The notes below the pieces were generated by a model, which saw only the letters and a list, made by a program, of their open reading frames with translations, was not told where the DNA came from and did not search any database. Of a stretch of 64,000 bases of DNA, positions 8,186 to 18,650 are shown one piece after another. Within the stretch, counting starts at the first letter, position 1. Every line of letters starts with the position of its first letter. This DNA comes from a virus (lineage: Duplodnaviria > Caudoviricetes). The position numbers were made by a program, and so were the translations under genes. The DNA is taken from the IMG/VR virus record IMGVR_UViG_2906610324_000001, positions 57,324 through 121,323 of that record; one strand, given 5' to 3'.

Positions 8186-9346
8186 GTGGTCGGCGGCAAG
8201 AAAGCCGCCTTCGTCCTGGTCGACGAGCTCTGGATCTTCGGCAAGCGTGCCAACGCCGCTGCGATGTTTCAGGAAGCGACCGGCGGTCTCGTATCGAGGA
8301 AAGAGGGCTTCGTCGTCTATCTCTCGACGCAGTCAGACGCGCCGCCGGCCGGTGTGTTCAAGGAGAAGCTCGACTATTTCCGCGACGTCCGTGACGGCAC
8401 CATTGTGGATCCGACCAGCTTCGGGATGCTCTACGAATTCCCGGAGGCCATAATCAAGGCGAAGGCCTACCTCGACCCGTCGAACTGGCGGATCACGAAC
8501 CCGAATCTCGATCTTTCCGTCAGCACCGAATGGCTGCTGAGCGAACTGACCAAGGCCCAGCGCGGCAACGAGGACGCGCTCCGGACCTTCCTAGCCAAGC
8601 ATCTCAACGTCGAGATCGGCATGAACCTCCGGGCCAATCGTTGGCCTGGCGCAACGCATTGGCAGAAGCGCGGCGATCAGAAGATCACGCTGCGCTACCT
8701 GTTCAAGGTCTGCGACGTCATCGTGCCCGGTATAGACGGCGGCGGGCTCGACGACCTCTTTGGGCTCAGCTTGCTGGGCCGGCACAAGATCACGAAGGAC
8801 TGGCTCCTCTGGGTGCATGCGTGGTGCCACCGCGGCGTGCTCGATCTGCGGCACTCGATCGCACCGCGCCTGCTGCAATTCGAAAAGGAGGGCGATCTCA
8901 CGATCGTCGATGACGAACTCGAGGACATCTCGAAGATCGTTCGCATCATCAAGTTGGTGAAGAAGAAGCGGCTCCTGGGCGGTGTTTCGGTCGACCCTGC
9001 CGGCCTCGGCGAATTCGTTGACGCCTTGGCCGACAAGGAAATCGACATCACGGTCGAGAACAAGCTGCTCATCGGCGCCCCGCAGGGCTTCGGCATGATG
9101 AACAGCATCAAGACCTGCGAACGCAAGCTGGTCAAAGGAACGCTGCGGCACGCGCCGAGTCCGATGATGGATTGGTGCGTCAGCAATCTGAAGATCGAGC
9201 CGACTGCCACGGCAATCAGGGCAACGAAGCAGACCGCGGGCGATGCCAAGATCGACCCCGCGATTGCGATGTTCAATTCAGCCTACCTGATGGCGACCAA
9301 TCCAAAGGCTCATGGCCACGCGAAGCCGAGGGCCATGGTTCTTTGA
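8186..9346 (+). pseudogene. terL: terminase large subunit, N-terminally truncated
   Basis: starts just before Walker B (VLVDE); has coupling motif LSTQ, nuclease GIDGGGLDD and KIDP; Walker A region absent. Confidence 0.8.
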
Positions 9347-9354
9347 GGGTCTGA

Positions 9355-10647
9355 ATGGGCATCTTCGATATCTTCAGATCCCGTGGCGGCGTTCCGGTGG
9401 AGCAGCGGCGCGAGCCGCGGGTCATGGCCTCCGCCGAGGTTTCGTCGATCGCGGACCTCGATGATCCGCGTATCCAGGAATATCTGCGCGGCCGCGGTTT
9501 CGGCAGCGAGGCCGGCGCGCCGGTGAACCCGCACTCCGCGTTGAAGGTGGCCACCGCTTTTCGGTGCGCGGCCATCATCAATGGTGCCATCGCGACGCTG
9601 CCGATGGACATCAAGCGGCGGACCGGCAACACCCGCGTCGATGCCAACGATGCCATCATCTGGGACGTGCTGAAGACGAAGCCGAACCCCTGGCAGACGC
9701 CAAGTGAATTCAAGCGCCTCATGCAGATGATGGTGCTGATGCGCGGCAATGGCTATGCGCTGATCGTGAGAGGAGCGTTTGGCAAGATCAAGTGGCTGAT
9801 CCCGCTGGTCGGCGCGATGCAGGTCAAGCAGAACACCGACTTCACGCTGACCTATACGTACACTCGGCCGGATGGTGCGCAGATCACGATTGCGCAAGAG
9901 GACATCCTTCACCTCCGCGGCATGTCGTTGGACGGCATCAACGGGCTTTCGGTTCTCGGTTTCGCTCGCGAGACGATCGGCATCTCGATCCAGTCGGAGA
10001 AGCACCTGGCCAAGGTGTTCAAGAACGGCACTTCCGTGGGGACCGTTCTCTCAACCGCCGGCGAGGTTGACGATAGGGAAAGGTTGAAGGCTGATCTTGA
10101 GGAGTACCGTGGTGCGGAGAACGCGCACAAGACCCTCATCCTCGAGGGTGGTCTGAAATGGGAGAAGGTCGACCTCAGCAACCTTGATCTCCAGTTCATC
10201 CAGAACCGTGAGATCACGGCGACCGAGATATGCATGTTCTTCGGAGTGCCGCCGTTCATGGTCGGTCTGACCACGAAGCAAACGTCGTGGGGCTCCGGCG
10301 TTGAACAGATGGGCATCGGGTTCGTCGCCTATACGCTTCAGGACTGGTTCACGATGTGGCAGGACGCGATCAAGCGCGATCTGCAGCCGCCGGATGACCC
10401 AACCCTTTACGTGCGGATCAATCCGTCGGGATTGTTGCGGGCCGACATCAAGACGCGAGTGCTGTCGTATGCCGTCGGTCGCCAATGGGGCTGGTGGTCT
10501 GCCGACGACGTGCGCGAGATGGAAGACGCGAACCCGCTGCCCGACGGCATCGGCCAGACATACCTGCAGGCGGTCAACATGCAGGACGCCAGCAAGGCGA
10601 CGGCCGATCTGGCCGCGCACGATCCAAACGCTCCGACATCCAAGTAA
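9355..10647 (+). CDS. portal protein, HK97 family
   Basis: PNPWQT, ILHLRG..DG..GLS, FGVPP motifs; position. Confidence 0.95.
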   Translation: MGIFDIFRSRGGVPVEQRREPRVMASAEVSSIADLDDPRIQEYLRGRGFGSEAGAPVNPHSALKVATAFRCAAIINGAIATLPMDIKRRTGNTRVDANDAIIWDVLKTKPNPWQTPSEFKRLMQMMVLMRGNGYALIVRGAFGKIKWLIPLVGAMQVKQNTDFTLTYTYTRPDGAQITIAQEDILHLRGMSLDGINGLSVLGFARETIGISIQSEKHLAKVFKNGTSVGTVLSTAGEVDDRERLKADLEEYRGAENAHKTLILEGGLKWEKVDLSNLDLQFIQNREITATEICMFFGVPPFMVGLTTKQTSWGSGVEQMGIGFVAYTLQDWFTMWQDAIKRDLQPPDDPTLYVRINPSGLLRADIKTRVLSYAVGRQWGWWSADDVREMEDANPLPDGIGQTYLQAVNMQDASKATADLAAHDPNAPTSK

Positions 10648-10662
10648 TTGACGAGAGGGCAC

Positions 10663-12066
10663 ATGGCTGATCTCAATCGCGCCGGCCGCGCGTTCGCGCG
10701 CGACCTTATCGCCGGTGACAACATCGATCGGGACTCGGCGTGGTCGTTCACTGCCGATGATGGCAATACGCTGCTCGGCGACGCTGGCTCCGACTGGGCG
10801 AATTACGGCAAGCATCATCTCGGTATCGACACGACCGAGAACTTCGACACCAAGGACCATTGGAAGTACCCGTTCGCCAAAGACGGCAAGATCTATCGGA
10901 GCGCCCTGGTCGCGATCCGGCAGCGGTCGAGCTCGCAAAAGGACAAGGTAGTCTATGATGCAGCCGGCGCGCTCCTCGACGAGATCGACGGCGACACTGA
11001 CTCGAGCCAGGCCGATGCCGGCAAGGGCCCGAACGCCGGTGGTGGCGTGATCACCGTAGCGAACCGGCCCCCGCGCATTGAAGTGCAGCCGCGCTCGGAC
11101 CTCGCGTCGTCGGCGCCGGCGAGTCCTGATTGCTTCTCGCGCTGGAATCCCGGCATCCGCGCGGCGACCGCAGACGAACCGAACGTCATCGAGATGTTCG
11201 ACGTGATTGGATACGACTTCTGGAGCGGCGGAGGGATCACCGCGGATTCCGTTTCCAGCCAGTTGAAGAGCTTCAGCGGCCAGCCGGTCGAGGTGCAGAT
11301 CAACTCGCCCGGCGGCGATATGTTCGAAGGCATCGCGATCTACAACCTGCTGAATCAGTATCCCGGCAAGGTCACGGTCAAAGTGATGGCGCTCGCGGCA
11401 AGTGCGGCCTCGGTGATCGCCATGGCCGGCGATGACGTCCAGATCGGGCAGGGCGCCTTCATCATGATCCACAACTGCTGGGTCATGGCGATCGGCAACC
11501 GCAACGATATGCGTGAAGTCGCGGACTATCTCGAACCGTTTGACCAGGCGCTGCGCGACATCTACGTCGCCCGGACCAGCATGAAGGCGAACGACGTCGC
11601 CACCTATATGGACGACGAGACGTTCATCGGCGCGCAGCAGGCGATCGACGAGGGCTTTGCAGACACCCTCCTGTCGCAGGAGAAGATCAAGGAAGACAAG
11701 AAGGCCGCCGCAACCTCGAAGTCCAAGATTGCTGCCCTTCACATTGAAGCTGCCCTGGTCCGCCGCGGGCACGTCCCCGCGGCACAGGCGCGCAGCATGA
11801 TTGTGAATGCGGCCGGTGCCGGCGCCGACGGTACGCCGGCCGTCCGTGAGATCGAGAAGATCCTGACCCGGAACGATGGCGAGCATGAAGGCATGTCTCG
11901 CGGCACGTTCCGTGCGCTCATCCGAGATTTGAAGAGCGGCACGCCTGCGGCGGCCGCCAATCAAAGTGACGTCATGCCTGGCGCTGATGTCGGGTCCAAG
12001 CCTGGCGCTGGACAAGCCGAACTGCTGACGGCGATCGCCGCCTTCAAGCAGGTCGCGAAGTCGTAA
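10663..12066 (+). CDS. ClpP-type head maturation protease with an extra N-terminal domain
   Basis: INSPGGDMFEG, AASAASVIAMAGD, MIHN motifs. Confidence 0.9.
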   Translation: MADLNRAGRAFARDLIAGDNIDRDSAWSFTADDGNTLLGDAGSDWANYGKHHLGIDTTENFDTKDHWKYPFAKDGKIYRSALVAIRQRSSSQKDKVVYDAAGALLDEIDGDTDSSQADAGKGPNAGGGVITVANRPPRIEVQPRSDLASSAPASPDCFSRWNPGIRAATADEPNVIEMFDVIGYDFWSGGGITADSVSSQLKSFSGQPVEVQINSPGGDMFEGIAIYNLLNQYPGKVTVKVMALAASAASVIAMAGDDVQIGQGAFIMIHNCWVMAIGNRNDMREVADYLEPFDQALRDIYVARTSMKANDVATYMDDETFIGAQQAIDEGFADTLLSQEKIKEDKKAAATSKSKIAALHIEAALVRRGHVPAAQARSMIVNAAGAGADGTPAVREIEKILTRNDGEHEGMSRGTFRALIRDLKSGTPAAAANQSDVMPGADVGSKPGAGQAELLTAIAAFKQVAKS

Positions 12067-12102
12067 CGCTCAACGCAATCCATCCAATCGGAGAATTTGG
12101 CC

Positions 12103-13515
12103 ATGACGCGCCATTTCGCGCCGCGCAGCCTGCTGTCTGCTGCGCCTCGTGCACTCATGCTCCCGGGAGTCCGCGCCGACGTAAGTCCGGCCGAGCTCGT
12201 CCAGGGGCTCACCAAGGATCTGGGCGACTTCAAGTCGGCTCAGGTCGAAGCCATGAAGCAGCTCGAGAAGGTCGTGAACGACTTCCGTGCTGCCAACGAC
12301 ACGTCGTTGAAGGCGAAGGTCGACGATGCCGTGATGACCGAGCAGGTCAACCGCATCAACGCCGCGATCGACGAGGGCGTGAAGCAGCAGAAGGATATCG
12401 GCGCCAAGATCGACAAGATCACCGCTGAGATCGAGAAGCTGACCGAGAAGCAGGCGTCCCTGACCGTTCTGGGCAATGGCACCAAGGCGAGCAAGGATCC
12501 GCGCACGTCGAACCCGAACTTGCCGGAGTACGCGAAGGCGTTCAACCGGTACTTCCGCCGCGGCGAGAATGCCGTGGAAGGTGGCGCCTCGGCGCTGCGC
12601 GACCTCGAGGTGAAGGCCGCGATGTCCGTCGGCTCCGATCCGGATGGTGGCTACACCGTCCTGCCGGAGATCGAGCAGACCATCGACGAGGTCGTCCAGC
12701 AGATCTCGCCGATGCGCGATCTCGCGACCGTCATGACGATCGGCACCTCGGAGTACCGCAAGCTGGTCAACCAGCACGGCACCGCCTCGGGCTGGGTCGG
12801 TGAGGTGGACTCGCGTCCGCAGACTGCCGGATCGAACCTGAGCGAGCTGAAGTTCCCGATCATGGAGATGTATGCCATGCCGGCAGCGTCCCAGAGCCTG
12901 CTCGACGACGCGTTCGTCGACATCGGCGCCTGGATCGCCGGTGAGGTGCAGCTCGAGTTCGCCCGCCAGGAAGGCAACGCCTTCGTGGTCGGCGACGGCC
13001 AGAACAAGCCGAATGGCATCGTCGGTGGCTACCAGACCGTGGCCAACAACGCCTATGCCTGGGGCAAGATCGGCTTCGTGACCACCGGCGCCGCCGGCGC
13101 CTTCGCGAACGCCAACCCGGCTGACTGCTTGGTCGACCTCCTGCACTCGGTGAAGAGCCCGTACCGCATCAATTCGACCTTCGTGGCGAACCGCGGCACG
13201 CTCGGCGCGATCCGGAAGCTGAAGGACGGCCAGGGCAACTACCTCCTGAACATGGTCCTTCGTCAGGAGGGCTTCATCGAGGAGATCCTCGGTCGTCCCG
13301 CGGTCGAGATGCCTGACATGCCGGACATGGGCGCGAACTCGCTCTCGGTCGCTTACGGCGATTTCAAGCGCGCCTATCTGATCATCGACCGGATCGGCAT
13401 TCGCGTCCTGCGCGACCCGTACACCGCCAAGCCCTACGTGCTGTTCTACACGACCAAGCGCGTCGGCGGTGGCGTGCAGAACTTCGAGGCGTTCAAGCTC
13501 CTGAAGTTCGCGTAA
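12103..13515 (+). CDS. major capsid protein, HK97 family
   Basis: coiled-coil delta domain, DGGYTV.PE, GDFKRAY, RDPYT..KRVGG. Confidence 0.95.
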   Translation: MTRHFAPRSLLSAAPRALMLPGVRADVSPAELVQGLTKDLGDFKSAQVEAMKQLEKVVNDFRAANDTSLKAKVDDAVMTEQVNRINAAIDEGVKQQKDIGAKIDKITAEIEKLTEKQASLTVLGNGTKASKDPRTSNPNLPEYAKAFNRYFRRGENAVEGGASALRDLEVKAAMSVGSDPDGGYTVLPEIEQTIDEVVQQISPMRDLATVMTIGTSEYRKLVNQHGTASGWVGEVDSRPQTAGSNLSELKFPIMEMYAMPAASQSLLDDAFVDIGAWIAGEVQLEFARQEGNAFVVGDGQNKPNGIVGGYQTVANNAYAWGKIGFVTTGAAGAFANANPADCLVDLLHSVKSPYRINSTFVANRGTLGAIRKLKDGQGNYLLNMVLRQEGFIEEILGRPAVEMPDMPDMGANSLSVAYGDFKRAYLIIDRIGIRVLRDPYTAKPYVLFYTTKRVGGGVQNFEAFKLLKFA

Positions 13516-13611
13516 GCGCGCTCCGAGCCACGTTCGCAAGCGCGGCTCGGCCAACGCCGGGCCGCGGCACCTTCCCCCCAATTTCCTCAACCTTCAGAAG
13601 GGACCTGCGCT

Positions 13612-14007
13612 ATGAAGCGTGATCTCCGGAGCAACGTTGACGTTGCTCAGACTCTTGCGCCGGCGGCCCGTGTGAACGGCACCGCAAACGGCGTAACCGT
13701 CGACCTCCAGGGCTACGAGAGCGCGATGTTTGCGTTCGAGGCCGGTGCATGGACCGACGGCTCGCACACCCCGTCGATCCAGCACAGCGATGACGGCACG
13801 ACCTTCGTTGCCGCCGCAGCCCCGGACATCCAGGGCGCATTCGCTCCTGTTACCAGCGGCGCCGGCCAGAATGCCGTGCAGCGCGTCGGCTATGTCGGCA
13901 GCAAGCGCTACGTCCGCGGATCGGTCCTCACGTCCGGCGCGACCACCGGCCTGGTGCAGTCGATGGCCGTCGTCCGCTCGAGGGCCCGTGTGTCGCCGCT
14001 TCCGTAA
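13612..14007 (+). CDS. putative head decoration/virion protein
   Basis: position after MCP; GVTVDL.GY...VGY.G.KRYVR. Confidence 0.65.
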   Translation: MKRDLRSNVDVAQTLAPAARVNGTANGVTVDLQGYESAMFAFEAGAWTDGSHTPSIQHSDDGTTFVAAAAPDIQGAFAPVTSGAGQNAVQRVGYVGSKRYVRGSVLTSGATTGLVQSMAVVRSRARVSPLP

Positions 14008-14094
14008 CCGAATGCGGAGGGATCAGGTGCGGCGCTGTATCCATGACGGCGCCGCAGCCTGTGAGCCGGTGTTCAACATTTAGGGAGACCTGCC

Positions 14095-14598
14095 ATGAGC
14101 GCAGTAGTCGTGACGCCGTTTCCTGGCGTCAAGGATGGCGAGACCAATCCAACCCATTTCGTCGAGGGAGACGTGATTGATGGGGACCTCGCTGAGACCG
14201 CCTTGAGGTATGGCCTCGCGGTCCAGGAGGGTAGCGAAGGGGCCGATACCGCCGGTGCTGGCGATGGCGGCGGAAAGGTGATCGTCGTCGACGGCCAGGT
14301 CGAGATCCCGGAGAACTGGCCGAAACTGAAATGGTTTGCCCTGAAGGCCTTGGCCGAGAAGATCCTCGGCAAGCCCGTGGCAGGAACCGATGAGGCCCGC
14401 AACATCGTGCAGGCGGAGGTCGACCGGCGCGCGAATCCCGAGACGTCGGAAGCGGGCGTGGCTGGTGCTGGCGGCGATGTGGCGCCTGTCGGTCAAAAGG
14501 AAGGTGGTGAAAGCCAGGCTGGTGCCGGAAGCGCGCAGGCCGATGCCGGTGGCAAGCCTGTCGCCGGCACGGATGCCGGCGCTGCCACGGCCGGCTGA
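14095..14598 (+). CDS. hypothetical head-module protein
   Basis: GGGAG SD, position. Confidence 0.65.
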   Translation: MSAVVVTPFPGVKDGETNPTHFVEGDVIDGDLAETALRYGLAVQEGSEGADTAGAGDGGGKVIVVDGQVEIPENWPKLKWFALKALAEKILGKPVAGTDEARNIVQAEVDRRANPETSEAGVAGAGGDVAPVGQKEGGESQAGAGSAQADAGGKPVAGTDAGAATAG

Positions 14599-14629
14599 TA
14601 TCTGGATCGGCTGCGACGGCGAGGCGTAG

Positions 14630-15289
14630 ATGCTCAGCACCATCGTTCGCGCCGTCGCGGCGACCACAACAGGCTTGACCACGCGAGACCGCGTCAAGAG
14701 CGACCTCAAAATCACTGGAACAGCCGAGGACGCATATATTGACGAGGCGATCGCGCGCGTTTCGGCGCTGATCTGCTCGTACCTCAAGGTGCCGATGGCC
14801 GATGACGGATCCCGTACCCTAGCGTCCGAGGATCTCGTCCAGACCTTTCGGTTTCGCCACCACGACCATCATCGGGAGAGCTTGGTCCTGGCCCGCAAGC
14901 CGGTCACCGCGGTGGCGTACGTCAAGATCAACGATGTCGTGATCGACCAGGACGACTATGAACTGATCGGCCGAAGCGGCATCCTTTATCGGCTTCGCTT
15001 CGGACATCCAAGTCATTGGCCGTGCCGCGGCAAGGTCGAGGTACGCAGCACCGCCGGTTGGCTCCTGCCCAACGACACCGGACAGTCGACATTGCCGTCG
15101 GATATCGAGGGCGTCGCTGTGGACCTGATCAAGGCCGCGCGCGAGGCGCGGACACGGGATCCGATGGTCAAGTCGGTTGCGGTGGTCGATGTCGACCAAG
15201 TCGACTACTGGGTCGGCAATATCGGGCAGGGGCCATTCCCGCCGGATATCGAAGCCAAGCTCGAAGCCTACAGGTATCGATCGCTGTGA
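14630..15289 (+). CDS. head-tail adaptor (gp6-like)
   Basis: LTT..RVK..L.I....D..I, AGW..P....LP.DI; position. Confidence 0.75.
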   Translation: MLSTIVRAVAATTTGLTTRDRVKSDLKITGTAEDAYIDEAIARVSALICSYLKVPMADDGSRTLASEDLVQTFRFRHHDHHRESLVLARKPVTAVAYVKINDVVIDQDDYELIGRSGILYRLRFGHPSHWPCRGKVEVRSTAGWLLPNDTGQSTLPSDIEGVAVDLIKAAREARTRDPMVKSVAVVDVDQVDYWVGNIGQGPFPPDIEAKLEAYRYRSL

Positions 15290-15666
15290 GCGAATACACC
15301 GATCGGCAGGATGCGTCCCTCGCGGCTCGAGGCGAAAACATCCTTTTGCGCCGAACCATCGGCGCGAGTAGGGATGAGGTCGGGGTTCGAGCGCACGTCC
15401 GCAGCTATCGGATGAATGCCGACGAACTCGCCAGGGGAATCTACAAGCAGCCGTACGTCGTCATCATCACGCTGACGCAGATCACGGCAGCGGGGTGGCC
15501 GGAGCATGCATCGGCGGCTGCTGCGGCGCCATTCGATGTCGACCCACGCATTCCAGTGATCGGCGACGTCACCATCATCAAGGGCGGCGCCAAAACAGTG
15601 AAGGCAGTCGATCCGGTTGCGGTCGACGACGAAGTCGTCCGCGTCAAGATGATCGTCGATGGTTAG
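15286..15666 (+). CDS. putative head closure protein
   Basis: GTGA overlap; synteny. Confidence 0.55.
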   Translation: MSEYTDRQDASLAARGENILLRRTIGASRDEVGVRAHVRSYRMNADELARGIYKQPYVVIITLTQITAAGWPEHASAAAAAPFDVDPRIPVIGDVTIIKGGAKTVKAVDPVAVDDEVVRVKMIVDG

Positions 15667-15668
15667 AG

Positions 15669-16322
15669 ATGGCCCGCATCTCGACCTTCGAGCGCGATCT
15701 GAAACTCGCCACGGCGGGGATGGCGCCAGAGAACATCGCAAAGGAGTTGGCCGCATTCGCGAGGCAGGAACTGGCGGCCGTCATTCAATCCGGAGAGGGA
15801 TCTGAGCGCTACGATCGCTACGTGAACGGAAATCTCGGCGCCGCGGAGGAAACAGTCGTTCCGCCGGGCCCGATCCTCTACGTCTTCCATTGGTGGCGTG
15901 AGATCGTCGAGTTCGCGCTGCAAACCGCGGTCGAGCGGTCGCCTGAGAAGTCGGGCCGTTACAAGCGGGATTGGTTCATCATGACGCCAGGTGGCGTCGT
16001 GAAGAGCTTCGACGAGATCCCGATCAACTCGACGGTCATCCTGACCAACAACCAGCCCTACAGCCGGAAAATCGACGTCGGTCACATGCGGATGTCGGTG
16101 CCGCCCGGTGTTGTTGAAGATGTCCGCAAGGCGGTTATGGCGAGATTTGGCAACTTCGTCACGGCGAAGCGCACGATGATCACGTTGCCAGGTGGCTACA
16201 TCCTCAAGGGGCACTTTCGCCGCGGCTATCGACCGTTCGCGCGGACAAAGCTGCGGAAAGACACTATGGCGGGAGCGCAGATGACGTATCCGGCGCTCGT
16301 TCTGACGATGAAGGTCTCCTGA
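15669..16322 (+). CDS. neck/tail completion protein (HK97 gp10-like)
   Basis: SP.KSGRY, NNQPYSRKI; synteny. Confidence 0.6.
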   Translation: MARISTFERDLKLATAGMAPENIAKELAAFARQELAAVIQSGEGSERYDRYVNGNLGAAEETVVPPGPILYVFHWWREIVEFALQTAVERSPEKSGRYKRDWFIMTPGGVVKSFDEIPINSTVILTNNQPYSRKIDVGHMRMSVPPGVVEDVRKAVMARFGNFVTAKRTMITLPGGYILKGHFRRGYRPFARTKLRKDTMAGAQMTYPALVLTMKVS

Positions 16323-16795
16323 TGGATCTGCCGTACGACGAGGTATTCGACGCCATTCGTGACTATCTCGGCTACGTCGATGTCGATACCAACGCTCCGG
16401 TCATTGGCAACTGGGATTTCAGCGTTGCGCCGCTGGTCTATGAAAACGAAGGGGACGGCTCTCCCAGCGGAGAGATCAAGAGCTGGGTCCTCGTCATCCT
16501 GAACAGCCAGCTTTACGGCCAGCAGTCGATAGGCGGCGGCATCGACGCCGGCGACAACCGCTGGGATGAAGACGGCACCATCTGGTTTCACGTCTTCACG
16601 CCTCGCGGCATCGGCTCGCGTGAGGCGCGGCGCATCGCGAAGGGCCTTGCCAATATGTTCCGCGGCAAGACGATGCTCAATGACCGGCTAGAGTTCTTGG
16701 ATGCCGACATGGGCGCGGGCGATCCCGGTGCGGAGAACGCGAACTATTACCTGATGTCCGTCAGCATCGAATGGCGCCTGATCGAGGCGGAATAG
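16322..16795 (+). CDS. putative tail terminator
   Basis: synteny; G.I..HVFTP.G.G motif. Confidence 0.6.
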   Translation: MDLPYDEVFDAIRDYLGYVDVDTNAPVIGNWDFSVAPLVYENEGDGSPSGEIKSWVLVILNSQLYGQQSIGGGIDAGDNRWDEDGTIWFHVFTPRGIGSREARRIAKGLANMFRGKTMLNDRLEFLDADMGAGDPGAENANYYLMSVSIEWRLIEAE

Positions 16796-16804
16796 GAGAC
16801 TCCA

Positions 16805-17053
16805 ATGGACGAGCACGACGTTCTCAAGCCCTTCAACACCGTGAACCGGCGCTTCAGGCCCGATGACGAGCGCTGTAACGTGGTGCGCTCCGATGATCAT
16901 CTCGAGCCGCACTCGATCGAGACACTGAAGGCCCGCGGCTTCATCAAGGAGCGCGGCGAGGCTGTAGCGCTGCCGACGTCCGTGGCGGCGGAGGTGCCCC
17001 CGAACAAGCTTGAGGTGAGCCGGCCGGCCACCCCAGCGACCTCCGAGAAGTAA
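16805..17053 (+). CDS. hypothetical protein
   Basis: AGGAG SD. Confidence 0.55.
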   Translation: MDEHDVLKPFNTVNRRFRPDDERCNVVRSDDHLEPHSIETLKARGFIKERGEAVALPTSVAAEVPPNKLEVSRPATPATSEK

Positions 17054-17081
17054 CTCACCCCATCCATCGCTGACCTCACGC

Positions 17082-17107
17082 AAGGCGCCCCAACGGGCGC
17101 CTTTTTC
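17082..17107 (+). terminator. rho-independent terminator
   Basis: AGGCGCCC-CAAC-GGGCGCCT followed by T run. Confidence 0.65.
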
Positions 17108-17121
17108 ATTGGGAGAACGCC

Positions 17122-18603
17122 GTGACCTCATCCAACCGCACGCAACTTGCTCTCGTTCGGGAGACCACGCCCGGCGTCACCCCGACGACGCCGCGCATGC
17201 GCAAGGTCAGGATGACCGGGGAGTCCTTGCAGTTCGGTCCGACCTATGTGGACTCGGAAGAGATCCGCGACGACCGTATGCTTGGTGACCCGATCAAGAC
17301 GAACCAGGCGTCGTCCGGCGGAATCAACGGCGAAATCTCGTATCCCGATGACGGCTCGGCGCTGTCCGAGATCCTGATGTCGGCGTTTGAGAACGTCTGG
17401 GCGAACACGCCGCAGTTCTTCAACGACGGTACCGCGGATAGCGTCATCACGGATGCCGGCACGGTCGCGAGCACCTATGCGGTGGCTTCCGGCGGTGCAG
17501 CGGTGAAGCTCGGCCATCTCGTCCGTGCCAGCGGCTTCGTCCAGGGCGCCAACAACCAGGTCTTCAGAGCCTCGGCCTCGACGGGAACCACGGTTGTCGG
17601 CGCCGCCGGACTGGTCGCCGAGGTCGCTCCTCCCGGCACGGCCAAGCTCAAGGTGGTGGGCTTCGCCGGCGCCGCCGGCGACATCACGGCCTTGGTCGAC
17701 GGCCTCGGCTCGACCGCGCTGGATTTCACGACGCTTGGCTTGGTCGTTGGGCAGTGGATCAAGGTCGGCGGCGCCGCGGATATCACCCAGTTCGCCTTCC
17801 TCGTCACTGCCGGTGCCAAGGCGCGAGCGGCCGCATACGCTCGCGTCACCGCGATCGCGGCGCAGAAGCTCACGCTGGACAACCTGCCGTCCGGATGGGC
17901 GGCCGATCCCGGTACCGGCAAGACGATCTGGGCTTTCTTCGGCGACCAGATCAAGAACGGTGTCGCTCCGAACTCCATGACGATCGAGCGCGGCTTCCTC
18001 GGCGAGCCGGTGCCGTCCTACATCGTGAACATCGGCATGCAGGCGAACACCTTCAACGTCGACATGCAGAGCGGCGACAAGCTGAAGTGGCAGGCGACGT
18101 TCACTGGCCTCGGCGGCAGCATCGGGACGGTGACCTTGGACGCGAGCCCGGATCCGGTGACGACCGGCGTCGTCATGGCCGCGAACGCTAACGTCGGACG
18201 CCTCGGCGTCAACCAGGTGCAGTTGGGCTCGCCGAACTGGGCGAAGGGCTTCTCGATCCAGATCAACAACAACCTCCGGACGCTCGACGCTGTCGACTCC
18301 GACGCGCCGGTGGCGATCAATGACGGCGAGTGCACAGTCACCGGCAAGGTGACGACGTATTTCGGCAGCGCGACCGAGGTGCAGGCCTTCTACAATGGTA
18401 CGCCGCGGCCGATCAACTCGCGCATCGCGAAGAACGGCCAGGCGCTGATCTTCCAGGTGCCGCGCGCCGTCTACCGTGGTGGCGGCAACCCGCAGGCCAC
18501 GGCCAAGAACACCGACGTCATGGCCGATTTCGACTACCAGGCCTCGCAGGACGTCGTGACCAACGCGCACGTCCTTCTCGATCGGCTCGAATACGTGGAG
18601 TAG
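17122..18603 (+). CDS. major tail tube protein
   Basis: ETTPGVTP..R.TGESL...SEEIR.DR, INNNLR motifs. Confidence 0.85.
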   Translation: MTSSNRTQLALVRETTPGVTPTTPRMRKVRMTGESLQFGPTYVDSEEIRDDRMLGDPIKTNQASSGGINGEISYPDDGSALSEILMSAFENVWANTPQFFNDGTADSVITDAGTVASTYAVASGGAAVKLGHLVRASGFVQGANNQVFRASASTGTTVVGAAGLVAEVAPPGTAKLKVVGFAGAAGDITALVDGLGSTALDFTTLGLVVGQWIKVGGAADITQFAFLVTAGAKARAAAYARVTAIAAQKLTLDNLPSGWAADPGTGKTIWAFFGDQIKNGVAPNSMTIERGFLGEPVPSYIVNIGMQANTFNVDMQSGDKLKWQATFTGLGGSIGTVTLDASPDPVTTGVVMAANANVGRLGVNQVQLGSPNWAKGFSIQINNNLRTLDAVDSDAPVAINDGECTVTGKVTTYFGSATEVQAFYNGTPRPINSRIAKNGQALIFQVPRAVYRGGGNPQATAKNTDVMADFDYQASQDVVTNAHVLLDRLEYVE

Positions 18604-18650
18604 GCCGGCCGCCAAACTCTGGTCCCATCGCTAAAGACGAGGCTGACGAC

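Noticed and set aside
10051-18615. Long minus-strand ORFs (10051-12015, 12070-13590, 17128-18615)
   Set aside because: Antisense shadows of high-GC structural genes.
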